This document shows, piece after piece, positions 45,898 to 58,274 of a stretch of DNA of 64,000 nucleotides (its first letter is position 1; each line of letters begins with the position of its first letter). Below the pieces are notes generated by a model. The model was not told the origin of the DNA and made no database searches. It saw nothing but the letters and a program-made list of their open reading frames with translations. The position numbers were made by a program, and so were the translations under genes. This stretch comes from Utricularia gibba (taxonomy: Eukaryota; Plantae; Magnoliophyta). Where the stretch lies: the NCBI GenBank assembly GCA_002189035.1, contig NEEC01000018.1, positions 1,922,001 through 1,986,000 on the forward strand, written 5' to 3'.

Positions 45898-46594
45898 CTC
45901 CATTGTTCCAAAGCTGTGGTTAGTCACCTGTTCCGTTGTTTAGAACCCTAGACAAGAGCAGCCTATAGGAATAATCATACCGTGCCACTTTCCAACATGC
46001 TAAGAAAATAAGGCTAATGATGGAGGAAGGGCACCTATGCTACTCTGCTGAGTGCCTTGCAGACCCCCGACGTTCCCAAGTTCAGAAAACAGCATTAACT
46101 TGCTTAGGGGGGATGCCAATGGAGAGTGTGTTCCTGTATTCACAAAACATACCAATTTATCAAACTTTTCCTCGCCAACTCTCCATTCGTATTCACTTCC
46201 GATGCACCGGACGCCTAGATAAAAACAGATAAAATCTCCTACAATCGGCAATAGAAAACGAAGCTCTTGCATGCAAATCCTACTTAAACTCCATTGATGT
46301 ACTAGAATCGCTCCGGCAAAGAGGTTGTTACTCCCAGATCATAGAGCCAGACACACTAGAATGTATGAAGAAAAGAAGTTGATAAAAAAATGCAACTATA
46401 AAGCAGAATTAGGGATTGCACTGGAGAAATGAGTACAGAAATGCATCGAGACCTCGCGATGCGCGCGCGAATTCGTCTCTGATTACCTTGACTTTGTCGA
46501 CCATCACGCACTCCTGGAACATTTGCAGTAGCTGCGATTCTGTCATTCGCTTGGGAATGCTAACGTGAATCTTGATCTTCTCTCCTTCAGCTAC
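45898..46594 (-). pseudogene. Degenerate, intron-retaining remnant of a BRN1/BRN2 (Bruno-like/CELF) RRM RNA-binding protein gene
   Basis: 46594-46453 reads VAEGEKIKIHVSIPKRMTESQLLQMFQECVMVDKVKVIRDEFARASRG| (cf. BRN1 VKLFVGQIPKHMSESQLLTLFQEFAVVDEVNIIKDKITRASRG|). Further remnants VNTNGELAR, IGIPPKQV, LFSELGNVGGLQGTQQSSIG|, then GCSCLGF*TTEQ (cf. GCAFLKYETKEQ) with TAA at 45942-45940. No in-frame ATG; frameshifts present. Confidence 0.75.
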
Positions 46595-46774
46595 GGCTGC
46601 TCAGCACCTTGAGCAACAGTACGGCGCCAGTGTTCTTCGGCATAACGATGAACGGCGATTCGTAACAGAAACAGTTGAACTGAAATCAATACTCTTGATC
46701 ATTGTCCCCGCATAACCACGTCGCGTAGCGGAACTTTCTAGATGGAGATGATTTGTGGGACCGTGGCAAGTAAC

Positions 46775-46976
46775 GGGCCCCAATAGGAATTCCCAATGGC
46801 CCAATAATGGGCCGGATCGAAGCCCATCTCGCCTTCAAAACGCCAGGTCCAGAAGTACAAATTTCACGAAGTTCCTACTTTGCCCCCCTATCGCACTCCC
46901 GCATAATCGACGTGCCCTAGCACATCTCCGGCTTCCTTCTAACCAGCCACACTTTTGCTCTCGGTAAAGCCCTAAT
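46775..46976 (+). promoter_or_regulatory. Site II cluster plus telo-box-like element upstream of the SR gene
   Basis: GGGCCC, TGGCCCA, TGGGCC and AGCCCA motifs and AAGCCCTAA (telo-box variant) upstream of the ATG at 47207. Confidence 0.4.
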
Positions 46977-47206
46977 TTGGATCCATCTCTGAAATTCTAC
47001 TCGTTTTATGGTGTGCTGAAATACTAGTTCTTACTCCATTAGTATTATTGCTTGAGATGCTGCATTACTTCTCGAAATTGAAGTTTTTTCTCGTTGCGTT
47101 CAGTTTATTTTCACTGTGTTTCTTTGTTTCTTCATTTCATCACTTTTTTCTGGCGTTTAATCCTATATATGTGTTTCTGTGCTTTCCGGAACTTCCAATA
47201 GCAAGG

Positions 47207-49621
47207 ATGAGTCGCTCTAGCAGAACCATTTACGTTGGTAACCTTCCAGGTGACATTCGAGAGCGTGAAGTCGAAGATATATTTTACAAGGTTACGAGAA
47301 TTTCCCGTTTGTGGTTTTTTTTCTTCGTACAAGCTTGATCCTTTTATCTCCCGTTTTTTTTCTTTTCCTTGTTCAAGTCTGATCCCACAACTAATTTTGT
47401 GTGACATTATATGAATGTTTATCTTTCTGCAGTATGGACCAATTGTGCACGTTGATTTAAAAATCCCACCAAGGCCTCCCGGTTATGCGTTTGTAGAGGT
47501 AATTTTGACTCAAATTGGACTACCTTTTTGATAAAGTGTCTTCATTTCGTTTCTCTTTGCAACAGTTCGAGGATGCACGTGATGCGGAAGATGCCATTCG
47601 TGGGCGTGATGGCTATGATTTTGATGGGCATCGCCTGCGGGTTGCTTACATGTTTATGTAAATTATTGTTTCAACGTTATATTTTGTTCTTCCTCTAAGT
47701 ATGTGAACTTTCCAATTAGGTTGAGCTTGCTCATGGTGGCCGTGGTCACTCCTCATCCTCTGACCGCTATAACAGCTATAGTAGTAGCCGGGGTCCAAGG
47801 GGAGGAGTTTCCAGGCGCTCAGATTATAGAGGTGAAGACTCATTTTGTAAATCTTATTTTATTATTCTATCGATGGGTTTACTATGAATGAGTTGCGTTT
47901 TCAGTTCTTGTTACTGGGCTGCCTCATTCTGCTTCATGGCAAGATCTTAAGGTATAAGCCTGGACATTATTGCAGTTTTAACATGGTGTTTTTTAGCAAG
48001 ATATGAAAGTGATGGGTATTATGTTTTTTTTGTATGTATCTAGGACCATATGAGAAGGGCAGGAGATGTGTGTTTCTCTGATGTTTTCAATGAGGGGAGT
48101 GGTAAGATGATGCGTTATCTTGAGTACATCAACAACTACTTTCGTTTTACTGTTTTGAAATCAGAAACACTTGCACCTGAAAACAGTGCCTTGGGTCTTA
48201 TTCAGTGTCCTAACTTATTAAGATTATTAAACCTACAGGAAAGACTGGGATCGTGGACTATACAAATTATGATGACATGAAATATGCTGTAAGTAGAAGC
48301 TAGTGATTTTCTTGATGTCTCCCATGGCCAGACTAACAGCTCTGAGTTCTTGTTTAGATCAAGAAGTTGGATGATTCTGAGTTTCGGAATGCTTTCTCTC
48401 GTGCAAGGATTCGTGTATGACCCCAAGCTAGTGTATTAATTTTTAAATATTGGTAGTCTCACAAGAAGATGCTCCTCATGGATTTAGGTAAAAGAGTATG
48501 CGTCTAGTCATGGCCGGAGCCACAGCCGTAGCCCCTCTTATTCCAAGGGAAAAAGCAATGGACGTAGTCGGAGCAGGAGCCCTGTTGGCAGGAGCCCTGT
48601 TGGCAGCCGTAGCAGGAGTGGGAGGTTGCATACTAGTTTTGGAATTACTCTACTCTGTTTTCTGTTTTCTCATCTCCAATTTTGATTCTTTGCCTGTCTA
48701 CTTGATTACTGTCATACCAGCAAATCACCCAGAGGGAAATCACCACGCCGACCAAGGTCTCGTTCAAAGTCAATTTCAAGGTATATTTATTTTGATGAAC
48801 TTTTTATCCATTGTCTTTTTCTGGTAAGCTGCATTTCCTTGATGCCTAATATGTTGGTTGATCCGATTCATAAGCACCAGTCTTGATTTGCTCTATAGAA
48901 AATTTACAGATGCAACTTCATCTTGTTCATGCATCATTCCTGTGATCTTGTGGTGTTTGTGAAAATAATTTGTGGTGATACGTGCTCATGTTAGTTGCAT
49001 GTCCTCTGCATTGCCTGGTTATTAATTACTCTATGAGCTTGACTGGTTTAGTTCTTGGGACGGTACTAAGGATAATGATAATGGCATTGAGTATTTTGAG
49101 GGGAATGAAGATATGAACGAATATCCACATTTTTTTGTGCCGTTCATTTATTGATACTTCGTGATATAGTGTCATCCGTGGTGTTTGTTGCGAGGAACAC
49201 CTATTTCTTACATCTTTGTGTCCTGCGAGTTGTCAAGTTCTTTTAGTTCTTTCTTACCCCTTCTTTTTCCATCATAACTATCACATGGAAGTGAATGGAG
49301 GCTATTGGATCAAGGTTGATAAAAGGAACAACTGGATATTAAACTGGGTTGTTTGGAACTTTTGCAGATCTCCGTCAAGATCCAGATCTCCCAAACCATC
49401 AGTAACGAATCCTCATTCCTTCTTTTTTGTTTTCCTTTTTCCTTTTGCATTGTCTGCATCTTTCACCAACATAGGTTAGGCAATTATTAACATTTATGAA
49501 TGGCACCGGACTATTTTGTATTCCCAAAATCCAGGTGGCAAAGAGTCCTAATGGCAACCCAAGTCATGGTCCCAGCCGTAGCCGCAGCCGCAGCAAGAGC
49601 CCAATCCAGAACGACCGTTGA
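47207..49621 (+). CDS. SR34: Serine/arginine-rich splicing factor, ASF/SF2 (SR30/SR34) subfamily
   Basis: [28 protein letters not shown]|YGPI...[11 protein letters not shown]|[25 protein letters not shown]|VELAHGG; RRM2 SWQDLK|[12 protein letters not shown]; RS domain and P/S/K-rich tail; long intron 48781-49367. Confidence 0.93.
48573..48606 (+). repeat. 15-nt in-frame tandem duplication (GCAGGAGCCCTGTTG x2.3) encoding [10 protein letters not shown] in the RS domain
   Basis: Exact direct repeat at 48573-48587 and 48588-48602. Confidence 0.9.
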
Positions 49622-50297
49622 ATTGATGCAGCAGGCCTGAGTGGACCGGACCAACTAGTGGGGGGGTGCCAGCTTATTGTTGAAGTCGTTAGTATTCTGT
49701 ACTTTTATTGTCTTTTCATTTGAAACAGAGTAAGACATATGTTTAGCCCTCAGGCAAAACCTTACACTACTTCGCTAGGTTTGGAGATACTCGTTTTGAT
49801 TCATTTGGAAGCCGTCAACAGCGCTTGTGTTGCTGGAAAATGCAGAAAAGTTTATTTGCAGCGTGTTTTTATCACCCGTTTTTATCATGTCTTAGCAGCT
49901 GCAGGTTCAGTTCCATTGACTGTCAACAGGCAGTGCTTCTCTTCTCACCTGCCATTTTAAGCACAGGAGATGCAGGCTATTGGAGCAAGGAGAGGGGGTC
50001 TTTTTCCAATCTTTTTTCAATGGTAAGGAGAAGGCTACATGCAGTTCCCATGGTTTCAAATTAATGCATGAGAATGGGGAGAGATAGAGGCCAGAGATGG
50101 AGCAGAAAAGGTGGAGAAGGGATTGAATGAAGGAGAATGCAGGAGCTTTTTCAAAGGCGAGAATCAGGAGCGCTGATAACTTGTGCCTGGTGCATATAAA
50201 GAGGAAGCATGCAGGCTATGCTTGATGCATGCTATTAGCATTCTGGGGAGCACATTGTAATGCTAGTAGCATTTGTTCGTATCAAGGGACGACGACG

Positions 50298-51648
50298 ATG
50301 GCCACGACAAAGCGCAACATCCTTCTTGTTGTGACCATCCTGCTCATCGTCGATGTCGTCCGCTGTGGGAAGCCTTTGGAGAAAGTTTTCGACATCACAA
50401 AGTTCGGGGCTAAGGCCGACGGCCGGACTGACAATGCGCAGGCCATCATCTTGGCTTTCAGGGCGGCCTGCGACTCGAGAGGAGGGCCGGCTCGGGTGCT
50501 GATCCCCGCCGGCAGGTTCGTAGCAGGGGAGATCATATTCGAAGGGCCGTGCACGGCGAAGCCGATCACCATCGACGTCCAGGGGACGCTTCTGGCGTAT
50601 GATGACATTAGCTTGTACATGAACGGAGCTTGGATTCTGCTGGAGCGAGTCGACGGAGCAATCGTGACCGGCGGCGGAAACATCGACGCCCGGGGAATGA
50701 ACGTCTGGCAGTACCACAGTGACGACGGCCCGCAACTTCCGGTGTCTCTGGTGCTACAGACGGTGACCAATGCCAAAGTCTACCGCCTGTCCTTCCTCTA
50801 CAGCATGGGGTTCCACATCAAGGTCACGGACAGTGTTAATGTTGAGATCCACCATCTGAGAATCAGAGCTCCCAGGAAGAGCCCCAACACGGACGGCATC
50901 CATCTGAGCAATGCAACCAATGTTCAGATCACAGATAGCAAAATTGGAACCGGCGATGACTGCATCTCCATTGGCCATGGAACCAGCAACATTCTTGTTT
51001 CCAGAATCATATGCGGCCCTGGGCATGGCATAAGGTACATGAGCACACACCTGAACATGTTTTTGACTGTCAGAGAGATTCTTCAGCTGAATGAGTTTAC
51101 AATAACAGCGTTGGAAGCTTGGGGAAACGCACCAATGAACTGAATGTGAAGGGAATCACAGTGAGCAGCTGCACTTTCCGGTCCACATCAAATGGTGCCA
51201 GGATCAAAACCTATGCAGCCTCTCCGGTGCTTACTGCATCCAACATCATTTTCCAAGACCTTGTAATGGACAAAGTAAGGAACCCCATCATCATTGATCA
51301 ACATTATGGCACCAAGAGCAAATCCCAGGTACTAAAATACTCCCTAGGAAACCACGTATACAAATGGTTATATTGCATGACCTGACTTCACAGTGCTCTC
51401 ATGTGATGCAGTCTTCTAATGTGAAGTTGAGTGACATTCACTTCAGAAACATAAGGGGAACCACAATTTCACCAAAGACAATTACCTTGGATTGCAGTGC
51501 TTCATACCCTTGCCAAGCGGTTGAGCTTGCCAACATCAATCTTTCTCCCTTTGGTCCACTCAGCCCCCTGAAATCAGCATGTTCAAATGCCAAAGTTATC
51601 ACCAGAGGATTCATTAAACCATCCCCCTGTTCATTGAGTGTCATTTAG
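50298..51648 (+). CDS. Polygalacturonase (GH28, exopolygalacturonase-like), signal peptide, 3 exons
   Basis: Hydrophobic signal MATTKRNILLVVTILLIVDVVRC; all four PG motifs present: SPNTDG, TGDDC, CGPGHGIS|VGSLG, RIKT. Confidence 0.93.
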
Positions 51649-51835
51649 ACTTGACAAGGACTTGGAAGGGAAAACATGTAGAGTGTACTATAAGTTTGTA
51701 ATAACTATTCATGGTTCGATAGTTCAACAATTGAACATGTGACTGTAACTTATAATACCATTTGGTTCAACTTGATTCTACAAAATAAGTCTCGAAAAAA
51801 AATTGAACAATAAGCATCCACAGAATTCGAAGCCA

Positions 51836-53624
51836 TCACAAACTTGTGTTCTCTTTCTCTGCTGATATGAAGTTTTCCAATCTATCATATACCTGCAATT
51901 CAATCCAGAGATGTTATAAATTGATATCCCACTCTCACAAACACCAACATTCAATAACATAACTTCACCTCCTCGGATCATGCGTATAATAAAAACGCAT
52001 AAACCGGTGCTCAAATGTAGGAAACATGATTGAAAGTCGACAGTTTTTGTGGGATGATGCCATACCTCTGACAGCTTTATTTCTTCTGCGGTTGTGGATG
52101 TTGGATCATACCTGCATAACAGTCCGCGAGAGGGACTCAAGTTAATAATTCTTTTTTGCTCAAACAGTCAAAAGCTTGGCAGTATTTTGAACTGCTAATT
52201 AGTACCAGGCCCGTGGAATTCCTGCTTCTTTGCGAGCTGCATGATTGAAAGGACCTTTTAGCTCCACGTTATACTCTCGAAGAATACCTGTAGAAAAAGT
52301 GCCATATGGTTGGTTGCAGAGAATTTTGTGGGCTAATTCAGAAAAGACAGTTACTATACCCATGAAAGAAGGATGAGGGGAGCGCCCCATTGCCTCGCAA
52401 AGTGACACAAACCAATAAACACCAACTGCTACATGTGCAACTTCTTCATTAGCTATCTTTGCAACAATGCTTGACGTCCTGTGATCACCAAACCCTGTAA
52501 GTTTATTTACCAGGCGAGGTCCAGCATCCAGTCCTCTGGCCTCCTATAACAAGACAATTAGCATCAGTTACTGAACATATGAAAAATGATGATAATAAAG
52601 CTACCAAGAATGAGTTGATAGCTTATACTAGGTAAAGGCTAGCTATACAGATTCCCCACATTCTAATAGAGCTATAGACTGGAAAATCAAGAACCTGGAC
52701 CAACGGAATAACAGCAACTCGAGCAGCAACATTGTCTGCTGTCTTTGCACATTCCCTCCACAGAAAACCATGAGCCGGCATGTCACCATACCTACCAGAA
52801 ACTCAATCATTCATATGAACCTTGCATATATAATATCAAGCTCAAGTATTTAATTGCCACCTGAATCCAAGCTCAGCTAATCTTTGTGAACACCACAAGA
52901 AATGGCGGCTTTCATCACAGGCTACATGAGCAAAATCAGCAAAAAACCCTTCATGAAGAAGCTCGGAGTGCGAAGAAAACCGCACAACAGTATCCCACGC
53001 AAGATCAATAGCATTCAGTTCAACATGAGCAAGATTATGAAGCATATATGCATTCAGGGGCAACCCCAAGTCCTTGGGAGATGAAATTTCCTTGAATGAT
53101 ACCTGAGCTAGAGGAAAAATATGCATTCAAAATTGTTTCCTCCGACGAACATTCGTAAAAATATGGGAGAAAGGCAAATACCAAATGGGGCTTTTCTGGG
53201 CGAGCGGGTTCAGAAGGGGCATCAGAAACTCCAATCGGAAGACGCTCTTGGCTCCATCTCGAATAAGCGAAGTAGGAAACTTTAGCTTTTTCCACAGGAT
53301 CAGCGGTGGAGAGCACAACACGGCCCATTTCCGTTAACGAAGAGCAAGAATTGAGGACGGAAGAAAGATGACCCAATTCAATTTCAGTGAGCTCCTCCTC
53401 CTCTGGACCATTGGGACCCAAAACCGGCAACGGTTGAGAGGGCTAGCCCGCCATTTTTGTAAACCAGACCACTGTTTATGGTGGCGCAGTGGTGGGTATT
53501 CGATTAAATTCGAAGAAACCGAACAGCTGCATCTGTAGAGGTATGGGCGACGTGACATAGTTTCGATTACACGCACGGATGTGGATAACAGCATAGCTCT
53601 GAACTTCAGCTGAAGCATCTCCAT
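51836..53624 (-). CDS. DUF455 (ferritin-like di-iron) protein with organellar transit peptide; apparent 1-nt frameshift at 53417-53419
   Basis: WSGLQKWRASPLNRCRFW/GPNGP; PSEPARPEKP, HNLAHVELNAIDLAWD, DESRHF, YGDMPAH, PLVQEARGLDAGPRL, EEVAHVAVG, GPFN...R..AG, VYDRLENFISAEKENTSL*. Confidence 0.88.
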
Positions 53625-53990
53625 CAATGGCGAGCGAGGGTTTCCTTTTTCATATCAAAGCTGGGTTCTTCACTCGTTACCACCTTTCCAGGAATCCACA
53701 CGCCCCGATTCGAAACAGTCGGATTCACTAAACCATTCCCCAGTTCATCAATAGGTGATTCACTGCCATATTCTTAAAAAAACCCAGAATAGGGTCGATG
53801 TCGGGTTTCACATATCTCTTGAAAACACAATCCCTAACCCAGAGATGACGAATCTCCGATCTCCAACCACCGCCGCGAAAATAAAAAATGCAGACATCTT
53901 ACACAAAACATCCCTGCCTTCGTGATGTATTTGACATTTTACACAAAACATCCCAAGAAGCCTGAAAATTATCCACCGAACAAAACTGCT

Positions 53991-55931
53991 TCAGGCTGAA
54001 AAAGGGGCGGCGGGATCCAATTTGATGAATTTGGCGACAAAAAGCCCACTTGTGCGTGAAGTCGCCGGATCAAAACGTATGGTCTTCGCTAGTTTTCCTT
54101 CTCTGCAAGGCCACTTCACTGAGTCTTCAATCTCCACCAACTCTGCACATCAGGAACATGTATATTAATGTATCAAGCAAAACATGGTGAAACAGGAGAA
54201 CTGAACCAGAAAGGGAATTGAAACCTACTTGCTGTGGGATGTAGTGAAAGGAAACGTTCTACCACATCTTCATTCTGAGCAACGGTTAAACTGGTGATCA
54301 CACCCAAAAGATGTAAGGCTTAAAGGGTATTGCTAAGAAGCAGAACATCAACGACTGATAAAGATTTCAGATTTCTTGATACATGCCTACAAGTACTGTA
54401 AACAAGGGAACCTCCAGATTTGAGCATTCTGAATCCATTTGTTAGCAGGTTTAACTGCAAATGTAAAGCAAGTCAACACAGCACACCAAAGCTGGGAAGA
54501 GTTCAATGTTGTTGATGAAATCAGATAGCAGGAAGCGAAAACCCCTACCTGGAGAGTAAATAACTCATCAGTCCTCTTAGCATCAAGCACACGGTCTGGA
54601 AGTGTTGTCCACCCCAATCGCTCAAACTTCTGTATGTGTTTTATGGAACCATCATGTGTGCATTCTGCATCTACAAGAACCTAACGTACATTTCAAAAGT
54701 CTGCCTATTTCTACCACATAGAATAATAACTGAATCGTGTGGAAGGAATGCTGCAGAAACACAAAAGAAGATAACTAATGAACCTTGTCATAGCCCAGCT
54801 GCAAAATCTCGAGCTCGTTGGTTTTTCGTTGAAAAATGCTTTTACTTGCACCAACTATTCCAGAGTTTTTACCGTAGAATATTAGCTCGGGGTCTTCACC
54901 TTGAGGAACAGTTTCTGAATTTTTACTTTCACGCATTTTGGCCAACTGTTTTCGTTCTTTCCATGTTTTTCGAGGAGTCCACTCCTTGTAAACTTCCAAA
55001 TTCTCCTGCATCTCAGTACTACATGCAGAAGGAATGATAGAGAATTTGGTGCCATCAGCAACAAAAAGACGACACCTATCTCCGAGGGCATATTTCTGAA
55101 TCATCGTCTTAGTAGCGGCTAAACGATGTCTAGCAACATCAACACCAGTCACTGAACCCGAGCAGCCAAGAAGATCTGCTATCATGCAGAGTTTAGCACC
55201 TGCCACGGGGGTTGGGTGAGTGGAACCAGGCAGATATGCAAGGCTGATAGCAGTATATGCACTGAAACGTAAACAAAAAAAAAAAAAAATGCATACCTGG
55301 AGCAGCACAGAGGTCAAGGACATGATCTCCAGGAGATACATTCAGGGCTAGCACAGCTGCTCCTGACGCTGCATCCATGCCATAAATCTACGCTCAAAAT
55401 AACAAAAAATAGAGCTTTGTAGATGATTTAACTGGGAAACATGAATGAAGTAACAAACTTTGAACAGTACAAGTGCCCTAAAACCAAGAAATGAGAGTTC
55501 TTTTTTGCTACCTTCCCTTCTTTATACGGCTTTGTGCTCGCAATTCGAATATCTGGAGGCAGGTCATAGAAATTTGGAAGCCAGGGCACTTCTTTGAGAC
55601 TGGACTTGATTTCCGCTTCAATTTCACCAATCTGGTTCTCACACCCTGGTTTTAACCTAAAGGAAATGATCCCATTAAGTATCTCAAAACAATACATTCA
55701 AAAGGCGCAAGCTTTACTGCACACGAAATCGATTCCATGAAAACGGAGCCCAAATCATCCATTCGATTGAACCCACATTCAAAAGAGGGTCCGAGATGAA
55801 GAATACCTAACATAACGAGGGATGGAACGCGTCGCAGCATAAATCGTAGGGCTGACACCGTTTTGAGTGAGGAAATCAACGAAAGCGCCTGGAAGAGGCA
55901 GAGACTCGCCGCCGTGGAACTCCTCGTCCAT
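53991..55931 (-). CDS. NOL1/NOP2/Sun (RsmB-like) RNA m5C methyltransferase
   Basis: MDEEFHGGESLPLPGAFVDFL...IPRYVR|LKPG; IYGMDAASGAAV, VLDLCAAPG|AK (SAM binding), VLVDAECTHDG (motif IV Cys), LVYSTCS (motif VI Cys), SGLFVAKF. One GC-AG intron at 54386. Confidence 0.9.
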
Positions 55932-56020
55932 TGCGTCGGAGTTCGCCGCGGCTGGAGCCGAAAGTTCAATTTTTTAAATATAACTTAAAAACGAGAGACG
56001 TGAATCCCCTGTGTATAATT

Positions 56021-57774
56021 TCAAGATTCTTTATTCAACGCATGGAGCTTGGCGAATACTCCCACCAATGGCGCTGTGTTGTACAAACAAGCTTCAGTTT
56101 GTGCGAAGTTCTCCCTCTTGTCCGAGAACTCGTCGCTCGAACCCGGGCCGCCGACAAGTGCTCCGACGAGTACATTCGGGTTCGGGTCAGCCGGAACGAA
56201 CCACCGATGGTAACCTTCCATGCACCCCATGAACTCTCTGCTCACCCTGTATGATACCGTAGAGGCTCCCCTGTGATGCACCCTCTTCGGATAGCTGTGT
56301 CCATAGCCAACCAAGTAACTCATGTTCATCGGATTAGAGCCCAAGATGTAGTCCACTTGAGACTGCACAAAGACAAGGATTTCATCCCATCGCAAAGTTG
56401 CGTTTGCGCTGCATTCCAGAGTTTGATTCGTCAGCTTGAGGCGATCGGAGTAAACCATCAGCAACAGCGCCGCACCCGAGACGTACTGCATGTTGTTCCA
56501 TCGTCGTACGTACAAGAGCCCTCCATTGGTATGCTTCACCCTGGAACAATTGTTCTTGTTCATGGATGCACATACGTAAAATCCTGCCTTGGAAGCATAC
56601 TCCTTGAGAATCTCCTGCTGCAACTTGCTCCTACCTCTTGTGGGTAACTGGGGCGCCATTGGAGTGAACTTGGGATCAGTCGTAAATCGCTGTTCGCTAG
56701 AAAAAAGAAAATTACCGTGGCTGCGAGGATCTGGACGCCGGCAAATTTGACATCCCAACTGAACTCTGCAATTTCCCAAGTCGTTCCACCGAAAGCTGGA
56801 CCGTTATGGAGGGCATAGTCCAAGTAGCTTGAACGGGCTGTGGCTTTGTAGAGCCAGAGAGCTGCCCACAGCAGCTCATCCAGGTAGCCGCTTTTAGATG
56901 GGTAGTACTCCTTTGCTTCTCTCATGTTGTCATCGTATTTCCCTCTCCAGGTATCTCCAAATTCAAATAACTGAAACAAGATCACTTTTGTTATACAATA
57001 AACTGATTCTGTAAACTGTTTTACCTGCTGGGCGTGGAGAAGGAGAAGGCGGGAGTACTGCGGATTGGTTATTTTAAAAACGATGGAAGCAGCCGCAAGC
57101 GCTGCGGCGGTCTCGGCGGCTAATTCTGAACCGGGGTTCTGATGGTCGACCTTGAAAGCCCTCCGCGACGTCGTCATGTCCTCCGCCCGTTGCCAGCACT
57201 GGTGATCGGTGTCGCCATCACCCACCTTCACTACGCTGCCGTAAGTGAAGTGATCGGAAACGAATGCATTTCAAAACAATGCGACAAAAGAAGAGGAACC
57301 TGAGCCCAGAGCTCGTTAGGTCGAGTGTGCGCCTTGATGAAATAGTCGGTGCCCCATTTGATGGCGGCGAAGGCGTGATCCAGTTCTCCGGCCGCCGCGA
57401 TCTGGGTCCGGTATTCGATGACTCCCCATGAGAGTAAAGTGATCGCATAAGCCATCGGTAGACCGAACTTCACGTTGTCGCCGGCGTCATAGTAGCCCCC
57501 CACCAAGTCCACCTTCCCACATAAAACTGGACTTCAGGCGAATGTCTAAAACCACATGAAAAATGAGAATACAAAACGCGAACGAAACCCCTTGCTCAAG
57601 GCCATCCTCAAGGCCCGAGTGGTGGCGCCAAGCGACTCTCTGGTCGAACGGAAGGTGGCCGGAGCGCTGCGCCTCGAAGTACAGGAGGCTCTTCGAGAGC
57701 GCATCCCCGTAGTCGAATCCCCCGCACAGCGAAAGCATAGAAGAAACACAAACAACAAGAAGAACCAACTCCAT
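56021..57774 (-). CDS. Endo-1,4-beta-glucanase, GH9 class B (secreted, no CBM)
   Basis: Signal peptide, [60 protein letters not shown]...[20 protein letters not shown]. Confidence 0.94.
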
Positions 57775-58274
57775 GACACCTCCCAACAAATGATACAGAA
57801 TTTATAGCATCCTGCAAAGACTGGATTGGCAATGGCGACGGGAGCATTGAACTTGCTCGCAAATTCATAACGTGCGTCGCCCCTCAATCAATCTGCATTG
57901 CCTTAAGTGCTGTCGTCTTCATGCTTCATGTGATCGAATTCACCAAAAGGGCACGTTATCTTCAACCCTGATGCTTCTTACCTTAACAAGCAGACTATGA
58001 ATGCTCCCATCAACGAAGTACTGCTCCATCGTTCCTCCTCTTAATAGAAAAACTTAAGTGCTTACTAACCCGAGTGGTTGAGATTTTAACCATAGGTAGT
58101 ATTATGCTTTTTTTCAAATTTACAATTAAATAAAGGAACATTATTATTATTGTTAGAATTTTTTTCTCTCTGTCTTCTCCGCTTAAACCCTAGTCCTCGG
58201 CGAGACAACGCCACCGTTTCGCCGCCATAGTCCGTCGCTTTATTGAGTAGTGGAAGAGTCTGTGCTCTCTGGAT

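Noticed and set aside
46600-46720. Possible C/D snoRNA on the minus strand (ATGATCA ... CTGA)
   Set aside because: The C box is imperfect, there is no clear terminal stem, and I could not match a guide to rRNA from memory.
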